Shown here piece by piece: positions 1 to 12,189 of a DNA stretch of 64,000 bases (its first letter is position 1; each line of letters opens with the position of its first letter). Position numbers and translations under genes: made by a program. The notes under the pieces were generated by a model, which saw nothing but the letters and a program-made list of their open reading frames with translations, was not told the origin of the DNA and ran no database searches. Source of the DNA: Octopus sinensis (Eukaryota); the NCBI RefSeq assembly GCF_006345805.1, contig NC_043002.1, positions 95,356,001 to 95,420,000 on the forward strand, read 5' to 3'.

Positions 1-199
1 TTGTAGATGCATTTTTTTTTTTAATAATGCACTCCGAAATTAGAAAAATCAAAAATCTGCAACAATCTCTCAGTTCCATAAGTATTGGATAATGGATTTT
101 CAAATGTGTAAAGAAACTGATTGTGGTGATCATAGTTTTGATGGTGATTGTGGTGAAAGCAGAGATACAGTGTTGCTGATGATGATGGTCGAGATAAGT

Positions 200-321
200 A
201 TGGAAGGAGGTTATGTTTTTGCTGGCATTGGTTTGGGAAACTGGCCAATTTACAGCATGTGTGTATATGGGTGGAAATGATCTGCTTGGCGGAGGTCTGC
301 ACTCTCCGAGTGCTTTTCTAG
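200..321 (+). mobile_element. Short Helentron/HINE-like non-autonomous remnant (3' end)
   Basis: CTTGGCGGAGG (285-295), then hairpin GCACTC-TCC-GAGTGC (299-313), then TTTT-CTAG (318-321). AAGGAGGTTATGTTTT near 205 resembles the matching 5' subterminal sequence. Confidence 0.45.
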
Positions 322-1023
322 CTCTATATTATTTATTTTTACATTTTTAATTTATATGCTGAAGATCCCTTTGTACTTCAACTCTCAGGAGTTGATAAAA
401 TAAACATCAACCAGATACTAGACCCAACTGTTGTCTTCTTACGGTTTGTGGTCCTTTGCCAAAGTGACGTGTGTGTGTGTCTGTATGTGCATGCATGCAT
501 GTGTGTGTGTGTGTCTTAGGAATAACACAACAGTGAGAAGAATATAATGATTTTATTGCGTTTTCAAGTAAATGTACCTGATATATTTTGTAGAATATGT
601 AACTATAAAAATATGAATGAAATCAAACCTCAAAGTAAAGCTAAATACGGTAATAGTTTTAAGATAGAAACAAGCCATCATTTGAATGCTATGTGTTTAA
701 TAGATATTTTATATTCAAACAGTGCATATTAAAAAATCTATATCGATATAAATACATAGGTTTAGCCTAAGCATTGTGAGATTAATAAGCTTTCTCACTG
801 GTAATGCCTTCCCTATACATTGCAAAATGAAATTGCTTTTCTCCAAATAAATTCATATTCTAGGCTGTTATGAAGCTACAGGATGTTATTCAGGTACTCA
901 GCTGAGAGTCACACTGCATCTTACAGCAGAAACAGCTGTTATGCTAATGAAGTTTATAACATAACCATTGCTTTTCCTGAATCATCTCTTTTTCTTATAC
1001 ACACACACACACACACACACATA

Positions 1024-1235
1024 TGATGGGAGTGCTGAAAAGTTGCTGACTTTGAGTAAAAGAAAATACAGGAGAAAATACAGGAGGATCAGTTAATTAT
1101 GATTTTATTGAACATATTCACACACTTATTGCAGCAGTCCTTCAGTTTTTCTGTCAAAGAACTCATAAGGTTGTGCCTCCAACCAGGCCTTTAGTGATAC
1201 TCTTAAAGCCATGGACTTTTCAACACTCCCTTCTG
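1024..1235. mobile_element. Mariner-derived MITE
   Basis: TA flanks (1022-23, 1236-37); imperfect TIR GGGAGTGCTGAAAAGT...ACTTTTCAACACTCCC; same family as 21876-22088 in the opposite orientation. Confidence 0.7.
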
Positions 1236-3234
1236 TATATATACTTATATACATGTACATTCACACATAGGCAAAAAAAAAAAACATCAAGGTGTGTAAA
1301 CTTAATTTATTAAGACTGAAGGAGTTTGAGTAAAAATATTTTTTATCTACTACAAATAATATCTGTTCACTGTTTCTCTTTGAAATGATAGCCTTGTCAA
1401 AATCAACATAATTGAGAATATGTATCACACTAATTTCTGAGTTGAATATATGCTTCAGTATTCTGATGCTAGTCTCAGAATTTTGAAAACCTTTCAATCC
1501 TTCTGACATAGGAAAATGGTTCTGAGCTGTCTTCAAGAAATCAATATGTGGATTAGGAAAGTGTTCAAGGCTGTCAATACTGATATTTATTTTTTTTTTT
1601 TTTTCCTTTTGGAAAGAATCTTACATGTATTGAAGAAATGGTAACATTGAGAAAGGCAAAAAAAAAAACGTGCATTTTCCACTAACTACTCAATATGTTA
1701 ATGATAGGAAATTTAAGAAATAGAAAGTAAATATTTGTTTCTGTGTGGTATCTATTATTATGACTTACTGCAATATGTAGTTCCACACAGGCCACAAGGG
1801 AAGTTTATATTTTCATTTAACAGAATTTCAAAATCTGTTTTTAGATGTAGACATTTTTTTTTTCTAGTTTCAGCTTAGAGCTGCGGCCATGCTGATGCAC
1901 CGCTGTTTATTCATAAAATTTTAAAATAAAAATGTATATTGCTTAGAGTTAGAATGCAGATACAGCACATGCAGTGCTTATTTTCTCTAAAGACATCCAG
2001 CATATTCCAATTTATTTTACTCTTTTGGTGTGCCAACCACCTTAATAACTAATAGATTAGTCAACATTTCCCAATGCAAATTTCGTATTCATCATTACTG
2101 AACGTATGTGTGTGTGTGAAAAAGAGAGAAAGAAATCAACAACATAAATTATTATCATTCAAATTAAAGAGTAAACAATTTAGTTCCAACGTGCTGCACC
2201 AGCTTCCTAAGTAATAAAGATTTCAATGAAACATCGTTCACAGGACAGAAGAGTTCAAAATGATTAACATTCTTTGGTAATGATTCAATAAAAGATCTAA
2301 ATAGAAAAGAGTACATGTCAACATTAAGATTTACTGTATCAGCTTCCATTTCTGACAGTGGTTGTAAGGAGAGTGCTGTCTTTTCTATTTCATTGAACCA
2401 AAAAAAAAGTGTCCAAAAAAAAAAAAGACTTTCTTTCCATTAATTAACTTAGCAATTTCCATTTTATTGCTTTAACAACTTCACTTTCACTGTTAGTTAT
2501 GTCAAATCAATCAGCCATACAATGGATTGTTCTTTGCCTTTCATCTTTTCTTTTCTTTTTTTTTTGTTATTAGTTTCTTAGACATTTTCTTTTACATCCA
2601 AAAATATATAAACAAAGTTTTAATTTTTTTTTTTTTTTTCTGAACTCATAAACTTATAGCGGTTGCTCATAGAATTTTGAACCTTTTGTGCTTTGAACAC
2701 AAAGTAGATGGAAATAAAGTTTGCTAATCTATATTGAAACCAATGTCAAGCCATTGTTGATATTTCATTAGGTATTATTATGACTAGACATAAATCTCAA
2801 GTTGTTGCACTGATCAATGTCTATCCACTTCAGTTCCTTATTCATTTGTTAGCCATCTTATAGAAAGATTATACTTCACTGAGGAGGTTTAATAAAAGCA
2901 AAATATGACCAGAGTCGTCTCCCATACTACAAAATACACACTACATTCAGTTGTTAATTTAAATTTTAGAGTTATCTCCTTTGCCTTACTTGACCAGAAT
3001 GAATAATTGTTTTTCTCCATACGTGTGTAATTAATTGAAATTGTTGTGATCACTACAATAAGTTTGTTAGCTGTGACTTAACTAAGTTGTGAATGGAATT
3101 GGTAATCAATAACTAAATCTAAGTAACTTCTATCTTGCTTTTGGAAATTATTGAAAATTTCTGTATTTATGTTCAAATAATTATTATTGCAAGAGTTAGG
3201 TGTAAGTTAGATTATTGTGAAGTTAGTTTATGTT

Positions 3235-3385
3235 GGTGCTGACATGGCTGTATGGTTAAGAAGCTTGTGTAGCAAAGTCATGGTTTTGGGTTCAGTCCCA
3301 CTGAACAGCAAGTGTCTTCCACTTATAACCCAAGGCTAACCAGTGCCTTGTGAGTGAAGTTGATAGATGGAAACTTTGTAGCAGC

Positions 3386-3433
<48 letters not shown>

Positions 3434-3601
3434 TGTCTTTGTGCTGTATTTGTCCTTGTAACTTAGTGGTTCAGCAACAGAGACTGATAGAATAAGTACT
3501 AGACTTAAAAAGTAAATGCTGGGGTCAGTTTGTTTGACTAAAGCACTTCAAGGTAGTGCTCCAGTATGGCCACAGTTCAATAACTGCTGCAAGTAAAAGA
3601 T
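3235..3601 (+). mobile_element. SINE family A (tRNA-like head, central (TA)n/(TG)n), diverged
   Basis: Shares GGTTCAGTCCCACTG, GATAGAATAAGTACTAG and the AAGTAAAAGA tail with the copy at 8716-9123. Confidence 0.7.
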
Positions 3602-4055
3602 ACATTCAACAAGTCCTAAGTAACTTCTAAATTTTTCAATAATCGTATTTCTCATGAGAACAACCTTTCTGTCCCCCCCCCCCAGCCCAGGATATAGGGC
3701 ACCTTCTGAAAGAAGGTTCCCCATATCTGATGGAAGGATGGGAGGAAATCATCCTAACCCAACTACTTCCAACTCTAATAAAGGCACATAAGAGCAAATG
3801 TTGTACAAAATTGGGTAACAGATCAAGTCTACTACTTAGGTGCAGGAACAATCCCTTCAGTAGACTTCCACGCAGTTTCTGTTCAGTAAATTCCTTTCAC
3901 AAGGTTTTGGTTGATCAAGACTATGTTAGAAGAAACCTGCTAAGGGATCAGCACCCAGGGATTGAATACAAAATCATGCAGTTAAGTGAACTTCTTAACC
4001 ATACAGCCATGCCTTCACTCATAGAGAGCAATTAACATACAAAAATAAAAAGAGT

Positions 4056-4385
4056 GAAATGTGTGGCTGTGTGGTAAGAAGTTTGCTTCCCAACCATATG
4101 GTTCCAGGTTCAGTTCCACTGTGTGGCACCTTGGACAAGGATTTTACTATAGCTCTTGGCCAAACAAAGACTTATGAGTGAATTTCATTCGATGGAACCT
4201 AAAAGAAGTTTGTTGTGTGTATGTGTGTTTGTCCCCTTGACAACTGGTTTTGCTTTGTTTTAGTCCCCATTGGTTAAGGGGAAAAGTAACTGATAGAATA
4301 AGTACTTGGCTTAATTTAAACTGCCCATGTGGTGCTCTAACATGTCCACAGTCCAATGACTGAAACAAGTAAAAGCTAAAACCAT
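4056..4385 (+). mobile_element. SINE family A, internally deleted
   Basis: Head TGGCTGTGTGGTAAG...GGTTCAGTTCCACTGTGTGGCACCTTGG; tail GACTGAAACAAGTAAAAG. Confidence 0.7.
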
Positions 4386-4418
4386 ATTCCAAAATCAGTT
4401 TGTACAATTAATATTTAA

Positions 4419-4627
4419 CCTTTTAACATTTAAGCCAGCCTTGTCCTGCTGGCTCAAATTTTACCTGTTCTGTGTTCAAACTGGACAGAAAATACCCTAC
4501 AATGTCGGTCTAAAAATAAACAATCACATCAGAGAAATCTCAAAGCTATAAGATAATACATGATTAATTCAAAACAATGAGAATAAATAAGCATCACATT
4601 TAGCAGAATAATCTGAATGCTAAAGGA
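4419..4627. mobile_element. piggyBac-type MITE
   Basis: TTAA at 4415-18; termini CCTTTTAACATT...AATGCTAAAGGA; homologous to 7180-8021 and 51553-51774. Confidence 0.65.
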
Positions 4628-4796
4628 ATAAATATTGTGATTGTGTTAATTATAATTACTCTTCGCATAACAAAGATTTAAATTAGCCTAGAAAGTAATT
4701 AGTATATTTTATTTTCAAAATCCTTTTCTGTATGAAAAAGTACCATATTTTGAATATTGACAAAGTTAGCCTAAGTTTACAAGTTAAAAATGAATG

Positions 4797-5172
4797 TAGC
4801 TTCCTTACCAACCACATGGTTCCGGGTTCAGTCCCACTGCGTGGCACCTTGGGCAAGTGTCTTCTACTATAGCCTCATGCAGACCAAAGACTTGTGAGTG
4901 GATTTGGTAGACGGAAACTGAAAGAAGCCCATCGTGTATATGTATATATATATATGTGTGTGTGTGTTTGTATGTCTGTGTTTGTTCCCCCTAACATCAC
5001 TTGACAACCGATGCTGGTGGGTTTATGTCCCTGTTACTTAGCGGTTCGGCAAAAGAGACCGATAGAATAAGTACTAGGCTTACACAGAATAAGTCCTGGG
5101 GTCGATGTGCTTGACTAAAGGCGGTGCTCCAGCATGGCCACAGTGAAATGACTGAAACAAGTAAAAGAGAGT
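4797..5172 (+). mobile_element. SINE family A, 5'-truncated
   Basis: High similarity to 8716-9123 from TAGCTTCCTTACCAACCACATGG to GTAAAAGAGAG. Confidence 0.8.
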
Positions 5173-5569
5173 ACTGACTAACATAACATTTCTGAAAGTG
5201 AAGTCTTTGAATGGATATAAATGTTTCTCTATTCCGTTTCATGTGCCAGATAGGCTACAACGTCTGATTTTTCTTGTAAGGAATTATAAGTGAATGAAAA
5301 CCAGACTACTTACTGGTGAATTTTATTTTCAATATTATCTCCTATTTTCAGTTTGATCAATCCATTAATTAAGCCATTTGAATACAAACCATATGTGACT
5401 GCCTCAACTTCAAAATACAGCATCACACATTTTAAGACATTCATATTGAACACCACATCATATTTTTTATGCAAAACACCTCCATTTCATTTTTTGTCAT
5501 GCAGTTCTTTTATGTTTATTTTTACATCCATTTTACCATGCTAGCATGGGTTAGATGAATATGTATTAT

Positions 5570-5748
5570 TATGGCACGTAAAAAGCACCCACTACACTCA
5601 CGGAGTGGTTGGCATTAGGAAGGGCATCCAGCTGTTGAAACACTGCCAGATCAGACTGGAGCCTGGTGCAGCCTCCTGGCTTCCCAGACCCTGGTTGAAC
5701 CGTCCAACCCATGCTAGCATGGAAAACGGATGTTAAACGATGATGATA
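5570..5748 (+). mobile_element. Isolated RTE 3'-tail copy
   Basis: GGCACGTAAAAAGCACCCACTACACTC...GCATGGAAAACGGATGTTAAACGATGATGAT matches the 3' ends of the RTE copies at 29180-29365 and 54045-54234. Confidence 0.8.
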
Positions 5749-5947
5749 GTTTTACAATGCCTCGTTAGTACACATTCATCACCAGCCTCTACTTGTCTTT
5801 TAAAGGAAGGATCTCTTATTCCATGTCTTTGAAAATGCAGTGCCAGCAGGTGATTTGTTGGCAAGAAAAGGATTATTAACTTCATTTCTTATAGTCCCAT
5901 AAGTTTTCATGCCAGATGTAAACATTCATGGACAGACACACACATAT

Positions 5948-6363
5948 ATTCTTTTATTCTTTTTTCAGTCATTTGACTGGAGCACTGCCTTTAAAGGTTT
6001 TTTTTAGTAGAAGAAATCGACCCCAAGACTTATTTTTTTTGTAAGACTGGTACTTATTCTATAAGTCTCTTTTGCCGAACCACTAAGTTAGAAGGACGTA
6101 AACACACTGACATCAGTTGTCAAGTGATGGTGGGGAGGAAAACACTAACACAAAGACAAACTCACATAAAAATATACATATATATATATATATATATATG
6201 ACAGGCTCCTTCAGTTTCCATCTACCAAATCAACTCACAAGGCCTTGATCAGTCCAAGGCTATAGTAGAAGACATTTGCCCAAGGTACCATGCAGTGGGA
6301 CTGAACCCGGAACATTGTGGTTAGGAAGAAAGCTTCTTACCATGCAACCACACCTGCACCTAT
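5948..6363 (-). mobile_element. SINE family A
   Basis: Reverse complement aligns with 8716-9123 over head, microsatellite and tail. Confidence 0.8.
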
Positions 6364-6609
6364 ACATACATAATGGGCTTTGAACAGATTCCAGATTCCA
6401 TCCACCAAAATCATTCACAAGGCACTGATAATCACAAAGCTATTGTAGTCGATATAGTAGATACTTGCCTAAGATGCTGTAGAGTAGGATTGGATCTAAA
6501 ACACCTTACAACCAAATCAAAATTTAAATGGATTACATAGTGTATTTCAATATGAATACAATAAGGAAATGATATAGTTCTCAGTTTGAGTTTTTATTTT
6601 TTTAATGTA

Positions 6610-7130
6610 CCGTAAATCCTTGAGTATAGTCCGCCCTTGAGTATAATACGCAGGGGATTTTTAGAGGGCTGTACTTTTGAAAAACCTAAACCTTGTGTAT
6701 AATACATACCCCTTCTCTAACTTGAGTCGTGCGTAATTAAGCCAGCAGCACCTAGTCAAACAAACACTTCGGCACATGCATAATACAATGGTGATGTTCT
6801 TAACTATTATATGGGAATGTAAATATGTTTGCAAATTGTTTTTGCTACATGTCATTCTGTGTTCTGAATACTTTTATTTTAATAAATGTTGCTTACTGCA
6901 AGTTATGGATGATTATTTTATGACTTCATTGCTTTCAGGCTTAGCTTAAGGGGTATTTTTGCACCCGACATCATAAAATGCGTCTGAATAAACATTGCCA
7001 GACAGCAAATAGAGACTCGGACATTACTTAGAAAATAATTTTCATTTTTAACCTCATTTATAGTATGCACTAGAGATTTTGACCTTTACATTTTGGGGAA
7101 AAAATGCAGATTATATTTGAGGATTTACAG
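6610..7130. mobile_element. Tc1/mariner-superfamily (pogo/Tigger-like) MITE
   Basis: TA TSD (6608-09, 7131-32); TIR CCGTAAATCCT / AGGATTTACAG; no ORF. Confidence 0.65.
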
Positions 7131-7319
7131 TAATTTAGTTGCTAATTTCTAGTCTTCATTGGAAATCCAACATTTTTAACCCTTTAGCATTTAAACCAGC
7201 CATATCCAGCAGGCCCGAATATTCTACCTGTTTTATGCTCAAACCAGTCAGATCTGGCCTCTCATGTCCACCCCTACAATGTCATTCTAAAAATATTCAA
7301 TCGGGCATGGTTGAGAGAT

Positions 7320-7552
7320 AAGGCGGCGAGATGGCAGAAATGTTAGCATGCCGGGCGAAATGCTTAACGATATTTTGGCTGTCTTTATGTCCTGAGTTCA
7401 AATTCTGCCGAGGTCAACTTTGCCTTTCATCCTTTTGGGGTCGATAAATTAAGTACCAGTTACGCACTGGGGTCAATGTAATCAACTTAATCCCTTTATC
7501 TGTCCTTGTTTGTCCCCTCTATGTTTAGCCCCTTGTGGGCAATAAAGAAATA
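7320..7552 (+). mobile_element. SINE family B (probable Nin-domain SINE)
   Basis: AGGCGGCGAGATGGCAGAA head, B-box-like GAGTTCAAATTC, central GCCTTTCATCCTTTTGGGGTCGATAAATTAAGTACCAG resembling the Nin/Deu SINE domain (recalled). Confidence 0.75.
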
Positions 7553-7555
7553 AGA

Positions 7556-7925
7556 AGCTTGCTTCCCAACCACATGGCTCCAGGCTCAGTCTCACTCCAT
7601 GGCACCTTGGGCAAGTATCTTCCGCTATAGCCTCAGGCCAAGATTTGGTAGACGAAAACTGAAAGAAGCCCATTGTATATATGTGTGTGTGTGTGTGTGT
7701 ATCTTTGTGTCTGTGTTTGTCCCCACCGCCACTGCTTGACAACTACTGCTGGTGTGTTTACATCCCTGTAACTTACTGGTTCAGCAAAAAAAAGATCGAT
7801 AGAATAAGTACCAGGCTTATAAAAAAAAACGTATTAGGGTCAATACATTCAACTAAAGATTCTTCAAGGCAGTGCCCCAGCATGGCTGCAGTCTAATAAC
7901 TGAAACAAGTAAAAGATAAAAGATA
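7556..7925 (+). mobile_element. SINE family A, 5'-truncated
   Basis: Aligns with 8716-9123. Confidence 0.75.
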
Positions 7926-8715
7926 TAAAAATTTGGAAGCTATGAGATAATGTATGATTAATTTAAAACAATGTGGATAAATAAGCAGTACATTTGGCTG
8001 AATAATTTGAATGCTAAAGGGTTAGATAGCTAATTACTATTAAGTATACTCTTTTGTTTATTTATTTATTTTATTAATCAGAAGTTACAGAGTGACTCGG
8101 AGGCAAAGAGTTTCATGCACTGGCACTTTTTAAACTTATCAAAATGCATAAAACTTGAGTCACTCTGTAACTTTTGTGAATTAATGAAATAATAAAGAGA
8201 ATACATACTCATGTTTTGAGTTTTATTTTCCTCTTTGTATCAACAAGTCTTTTAATTATATTAGAAATTTCAACCTGTACCATAATTTTGTTCATCTAAG
8301 CTGTATCAGCATCCCTATTTGAATTAATTACTCATTAGGTATGTATATTTTCCATGAGATTTAAATTTCAGTAAAATTATGATTTCATTTTTAATCTGTT
8401 CTGCTAAGATATGCCATTGTAGAAAGTTGATTTTAATGAGACAAAGTAGCAGTTTGATTACGTTTGCTTGCATTATTATGTTAGCATGGAAAAACATACA
8501 TTAAAAACAAATAAATTGCCAATCGTTACCTGAATGTGATATTTTGATTGATGGTGATAAATTGGCTAACTTCCAGCTGGAAAGAAGTTATTAATGTTGA
8601 TAGATTACATGAGAAATTTTATAGCAAGACATGGTGATTTTTGGAGTTGTAGTTTCATATATAGCTAAATAAGTTTCATTCAGAATTTGTGCAGAAAAAA
8701 TATTAAAATATTAAT

Positions 8716-9123
8716 ATAGGCGCAGGAGTGGCTGTGTGGTAAGTAGCTTGTTTACCAACCACATGGTTCCGGGTTCAGTCCCACTGCGTGGCACCTTGGG
8801 CAAGTGTCTTCTACTATAGCCTCGGGCCGACCAAAGCCTTGTGAGTGGATATGGTAGACGGAAACTGAAAGAAGCCCGTCGTATATATGTATATATATAT
8901 ATATATATGCGTGTGTGTGTTTGTGTGTCTGTGTTTGTCCCCCTAGCATTGCTTGACAACTGATGCTGGTGTGTTTATGTCCCTGTTACTTAGCGGTTCG
9001 GCAAAAGAGACCGATAGAATAAGTACTGAGCTTACAAAAGAATAAGTCCCGGGGTCGAGTTGCTCGACTAAAGGCGGTGCTCCAGCATGGCCGCAGTCAA
9101 ATGACTGAAACAAGTAAAAGAGT
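8716..9123 (+). mobile_element. SINE family A, near full length
   Basis: ATAGGCGCAGGAGTGGCTGTGTGGTAAG (A-box-like), GGTTCAGTCCC (B-box-like), CORE-like CCTTGGGCAAGTGTCTT, central (TA)n(TG)n, tail GAAACAAGTAAAAGAG; more than 10 related copies in the window. Confidence 0.85.
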
Positions 9124-9257
9124 ATATTCAAAAGTAGCTAAAAAGGTGAAAATAATTTAGTATGAGCAGTAGAATAGGGCCTGTGACCAGGTCGTATATC
9201 TGCACTGAAATCTATTGGCATTTTATAGTTTCTGATAAGGAGTTAAAACATACCTAG

Positions 9258-9655
9258 TCCACTCTATAAAGTGGTTGGAATTACGAAGGGCATCCAGCTG
9301 TAAAAGCCATGCCAAAACAGACTGTAGAGCTTGGCGCAGTCTTCTAGCTTACCAGCTCCTATCAAACCATCGAACCCATACCAGCATGGAAGACATGTTA
9401 AATGATGATGTTGATGATGATGATGATAAGGTGGTGAGCTGGCAGAATCATTAGCATGCCATACAAAATATTTGGAAGCATTTCTTCCAGATTTAAATAT
9501 CTGAGTTCAAATCCTATCGAGGTCTACTTTGCCTTTCATCCTTTTTTTTCGGGGCGGGGGGGGGGGGGGCAATAAAATAAGTACCAGTTGAGTTCTGGGG
9601 TCAGTGTAACTGAGTAGCCTCTTCCCCAAAACTCAGACCTTGTGCCTGAAGTGGA
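9258..9655 (+). mobile_element. RTE 3'-tail copy (9258-9428) followed directly by SINE family B (9430-9655)
   Basis: AAGGGCATCCAGCTGTA...(GAT)n, then AAGGTGGTGAGCTGGCAGAA...GCCTTTCATCC...AAGTACCAG. Confidence 0.7.
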
Positions 9656-10319
9656 ATGAATTTTATAATATCTTACATAGCAACAAGTCCAGAAATAAGA
9701 AGGGAGGAGTAAGCAATTAAACCACCCCAATACTTGTCTGGTACTTTTATTTACCCACCCTGGAAGGTTGACAAGCAAAGTTAACTTTGTCTTGAACTTA
9801 GAACATCAAGAGTTACAACAGATTCCACAAGTTATTTATAATATACAATCAACTAATTCCATTAGTATCAGTGACTAGGTCATAGATGTAGAACATTTTT
9901 TGACATGTAAATAGTTTATAAGAAAGACTATTGAAAAATAAAACAGAAGAAAATACAACAGTATGTGTGTGTGTGTGTGTGTGTGTTTAAATTACTCATC
10001 CACACTGTAATTGTTTTAGTTCCAACACAGGAACTCAGATCAAGTCACTTGTCAAACAACAACTCAAAAATAATCTTGTTTGTTTCTATAAGAGTTCAGA
10101 AACATCAATGACTACAAGCAGTATGATCATTGTCTATACATGGTTTGTTAGCAGCTATGGAAACAGTGTGCTATGATGTATGCTAATAGCAAATGGAAAT
10201 TTACGGTAAACTATAGAAGATTTGAAATGACAATGTCATGTAGAGACTTCTGACCTGATAGTAAGCCAACTTACCTGTAGGTGAGATAAACAATTAGAAG
10301 TGGTTTTTAACTATTTGAT

Positions 10320-10377
10320 TATATATATATATATATTTGTGTATATGTATATATATATATATTTGTGTGTGTGTATG

Positions 10378-10426
<49 letters not shown>

Positions 10427-10427
10427 T

Positions 10428-10458
<31 letters not shown>

Positions 10459-10483
10459 TTGTGTGTGTGTATGTATATATATA

Positions 10484-10514
<31 letters not shown>

Positions 10515-10830
10515 TTGTGTGTGTGTGTGTGTATATATATATTTGTGTGTGTGTATGTATATATATATATATATATTTGTGTGTGTGTGTGTGTATGTAT
10601 ATATATATATTTGTGTGTGTGTGTATGTACATATATATATTTGTGTGTGTGTGTATGTATATATATATATGTGTGTGTGTATATATATTTGTGTGTGTGT
10701 GTCTATGTGTGTATCTATATGTATATATATATATATATATTTGTGTGTATGTATATATATATATATATATTTGTGTGTGTGTGTGTGTATGTATATATAT
10801 ATGTAGCTAGATATATAGATATATATGTAC
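10320..10830. repeat. Compound (TA)n/(TG)n microsatellite with a ~30-bp higher-order period
   Basis: Alternating ATATAT/TTGTGTGT blocks; explains all [12 protein letters not shown] ORFs at 10294-10970. Confidence 0.95.
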
Positions 10831-11027
10831 ATATACATACACAACAATGATGATGCTGTTTCGAATCTAATGTATTTTACTTTCTGAAATGTAATTATTT
10901 TTGATATGTATGCTTGTAGAAATAGAAACATTTTTTCTTGTGTAAATAATTTGATGGAATATGTCAACATAATATTTATATTAAATTTGAATGATTGCTA
11001 ATTTCTTGCATTTCTGTTTTGTTTCAG

Positions 11028-11232
11028 TTTCTTCTATGATGTCTTCTCGATGGGTCCGTCAAATACATTCGTTCAGCAAAAAATTGATTTCATGTATCTG
11101 ACAAATAGTTAACTCTACTCATATATGTATATCTATATATATATATGTATGTAGACATATATATGTAACTAATGCTAACAAAGTCGGAAAACTTTCACAA
11201 GAGCTATATTATAAACTTTGCAGAACTTTCCC
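11028..11232 (+). other. Probable 5' UTR part of the first TPST coding exon
   Basis: Pyrimidine-rich acceptor TTTCTGTTTTGTTTCAG ending at 11027; in-frame TAA at 11212-14 upstream of the first in-frame ATG. Implies a non-coding exon further upstream that I could not locate. Confidence 0.55.
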
Positions 11233-12095
11233 ATGTGGAGTAGACTATACTTGCAAACAATGATAAGTATGCATGGAAGAAAAGGTAGCATCCGTAAGCG
11301 GCTATTTGTCGGTGCTACATTTATTGTAATTTGCATCTATTTGTCCTACCAAACTTTCTCATGTGTTGGAGGCCCTAAAGTCTACATGGTTCCAAGCGAC
11401 CCAATACGTTACATTTACGATGAAAAGAATCGAGCTATCCCATATAACAAAGATATGCCTCTTATTTTTATTGGTGGAATGCCTCGAAGTGGTACAACAC
11501 TAATGCGTGCAATGTTAGATGCTCATCCTCTAGTACGATGCGGAGAGGAGACACGAGTCATTCCCCGTATTCTTGCCATGAGATTTCAATGGGAAAAATC
11601 AGCTGTTGAGAAAAAGAGACTCATGGAAGCAGGTATGACATCTGATGTCGTTGATTCAGCCATATCTGCTTTCATTTTAGAAGTTATTGCAAAACATGGA
11701 GAAGCTGCACCTCGCTTGTGTAACAAGGATCCTTTCACGTTAAAATCAGGTCTTTATCTTAAGCAGTTGTTTCCAAATGCACGTTTTCTGCTGTTAATAC
11801 GTGATGGCAGAGCTGTTGTACACTCTATAATTACACGCAAAGTCACAATTACCGGTTTTGATTTGACCAGCTACAGTAAATGTTTAAAGAAATGGAACCA
11901 AGCTATGGAAGCAATGTACTCGCAATGTATTCAAGCTGGTTCCAGTAGATGTATGCCAGTCTATTATGAGAAATTAGTTTTACAACCAGAAATATGGATG
12001 CGTAAAATTCTTGAATTTCTTGACTTAGAATGGGACAGCAAAGTTTTACACCATGAAGAATATATTGGAAAGCCTGGTGGTATATCTATTTCAAA
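11233..12095 (+). CDS. TPST: Protein-tyrosine sulfotransferase, coding exon 1
   Basis: N-terminal type II membrane anchor ([16 protein letters not shown]); PAPS-binding [19 protein letters not shown]; [10 protein letters not shown]; LCNKDPF; [10 protein letters not shown]; ends [16 protein letters not shown] at donor AA|GTAAGT (GT at 12096-97). The start could be ATG 11233, 11260 (better -3 A context) or 11269. Confidence 0.95.
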
Positions 12096-12189
12096 GTAAG
12101 TACAAACATAATTGTATCACTTTATGTTAAACGCCCTTTTTATTTTATACTTTTGTATATAGTATAGTTCTGAATATCAACAAAGTAAA

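Larger units (their letters stand above)
7180..8021. mobile_element. piggyBac-type MITE carrying two nested SINEs
   Basis: TTAA-CCCTTTAGCATT at the left end and AATGCTAAAGGG-TTAG at the right; interior interrupted by 7320-7552 and 7556-7925. Confidence 0.7.

Noticed and set aside
3730-4035. 101-aa ORF
   Set aside because: No recognisable motif, no splice context and no homology within the window; the length is within chance expectation.
10294-10970. Overlapping 112-219 aa ORFs on both strands
   Set aside because: Translations of (TA)n/(TG)n repeats ([12 protein letters not shown]), which lack stop codons by composition. The same applies at 18934-19619, 20465-20779, 32171-32520, 47704-47973 and 58543-58896.
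1-11027. TPST promoter or first non-coding exon
   Set aside because: No CpG-rich or otherwise distinctive promoter and no convincing donor; it cannot be placed without transcript data and may lie outside the window.
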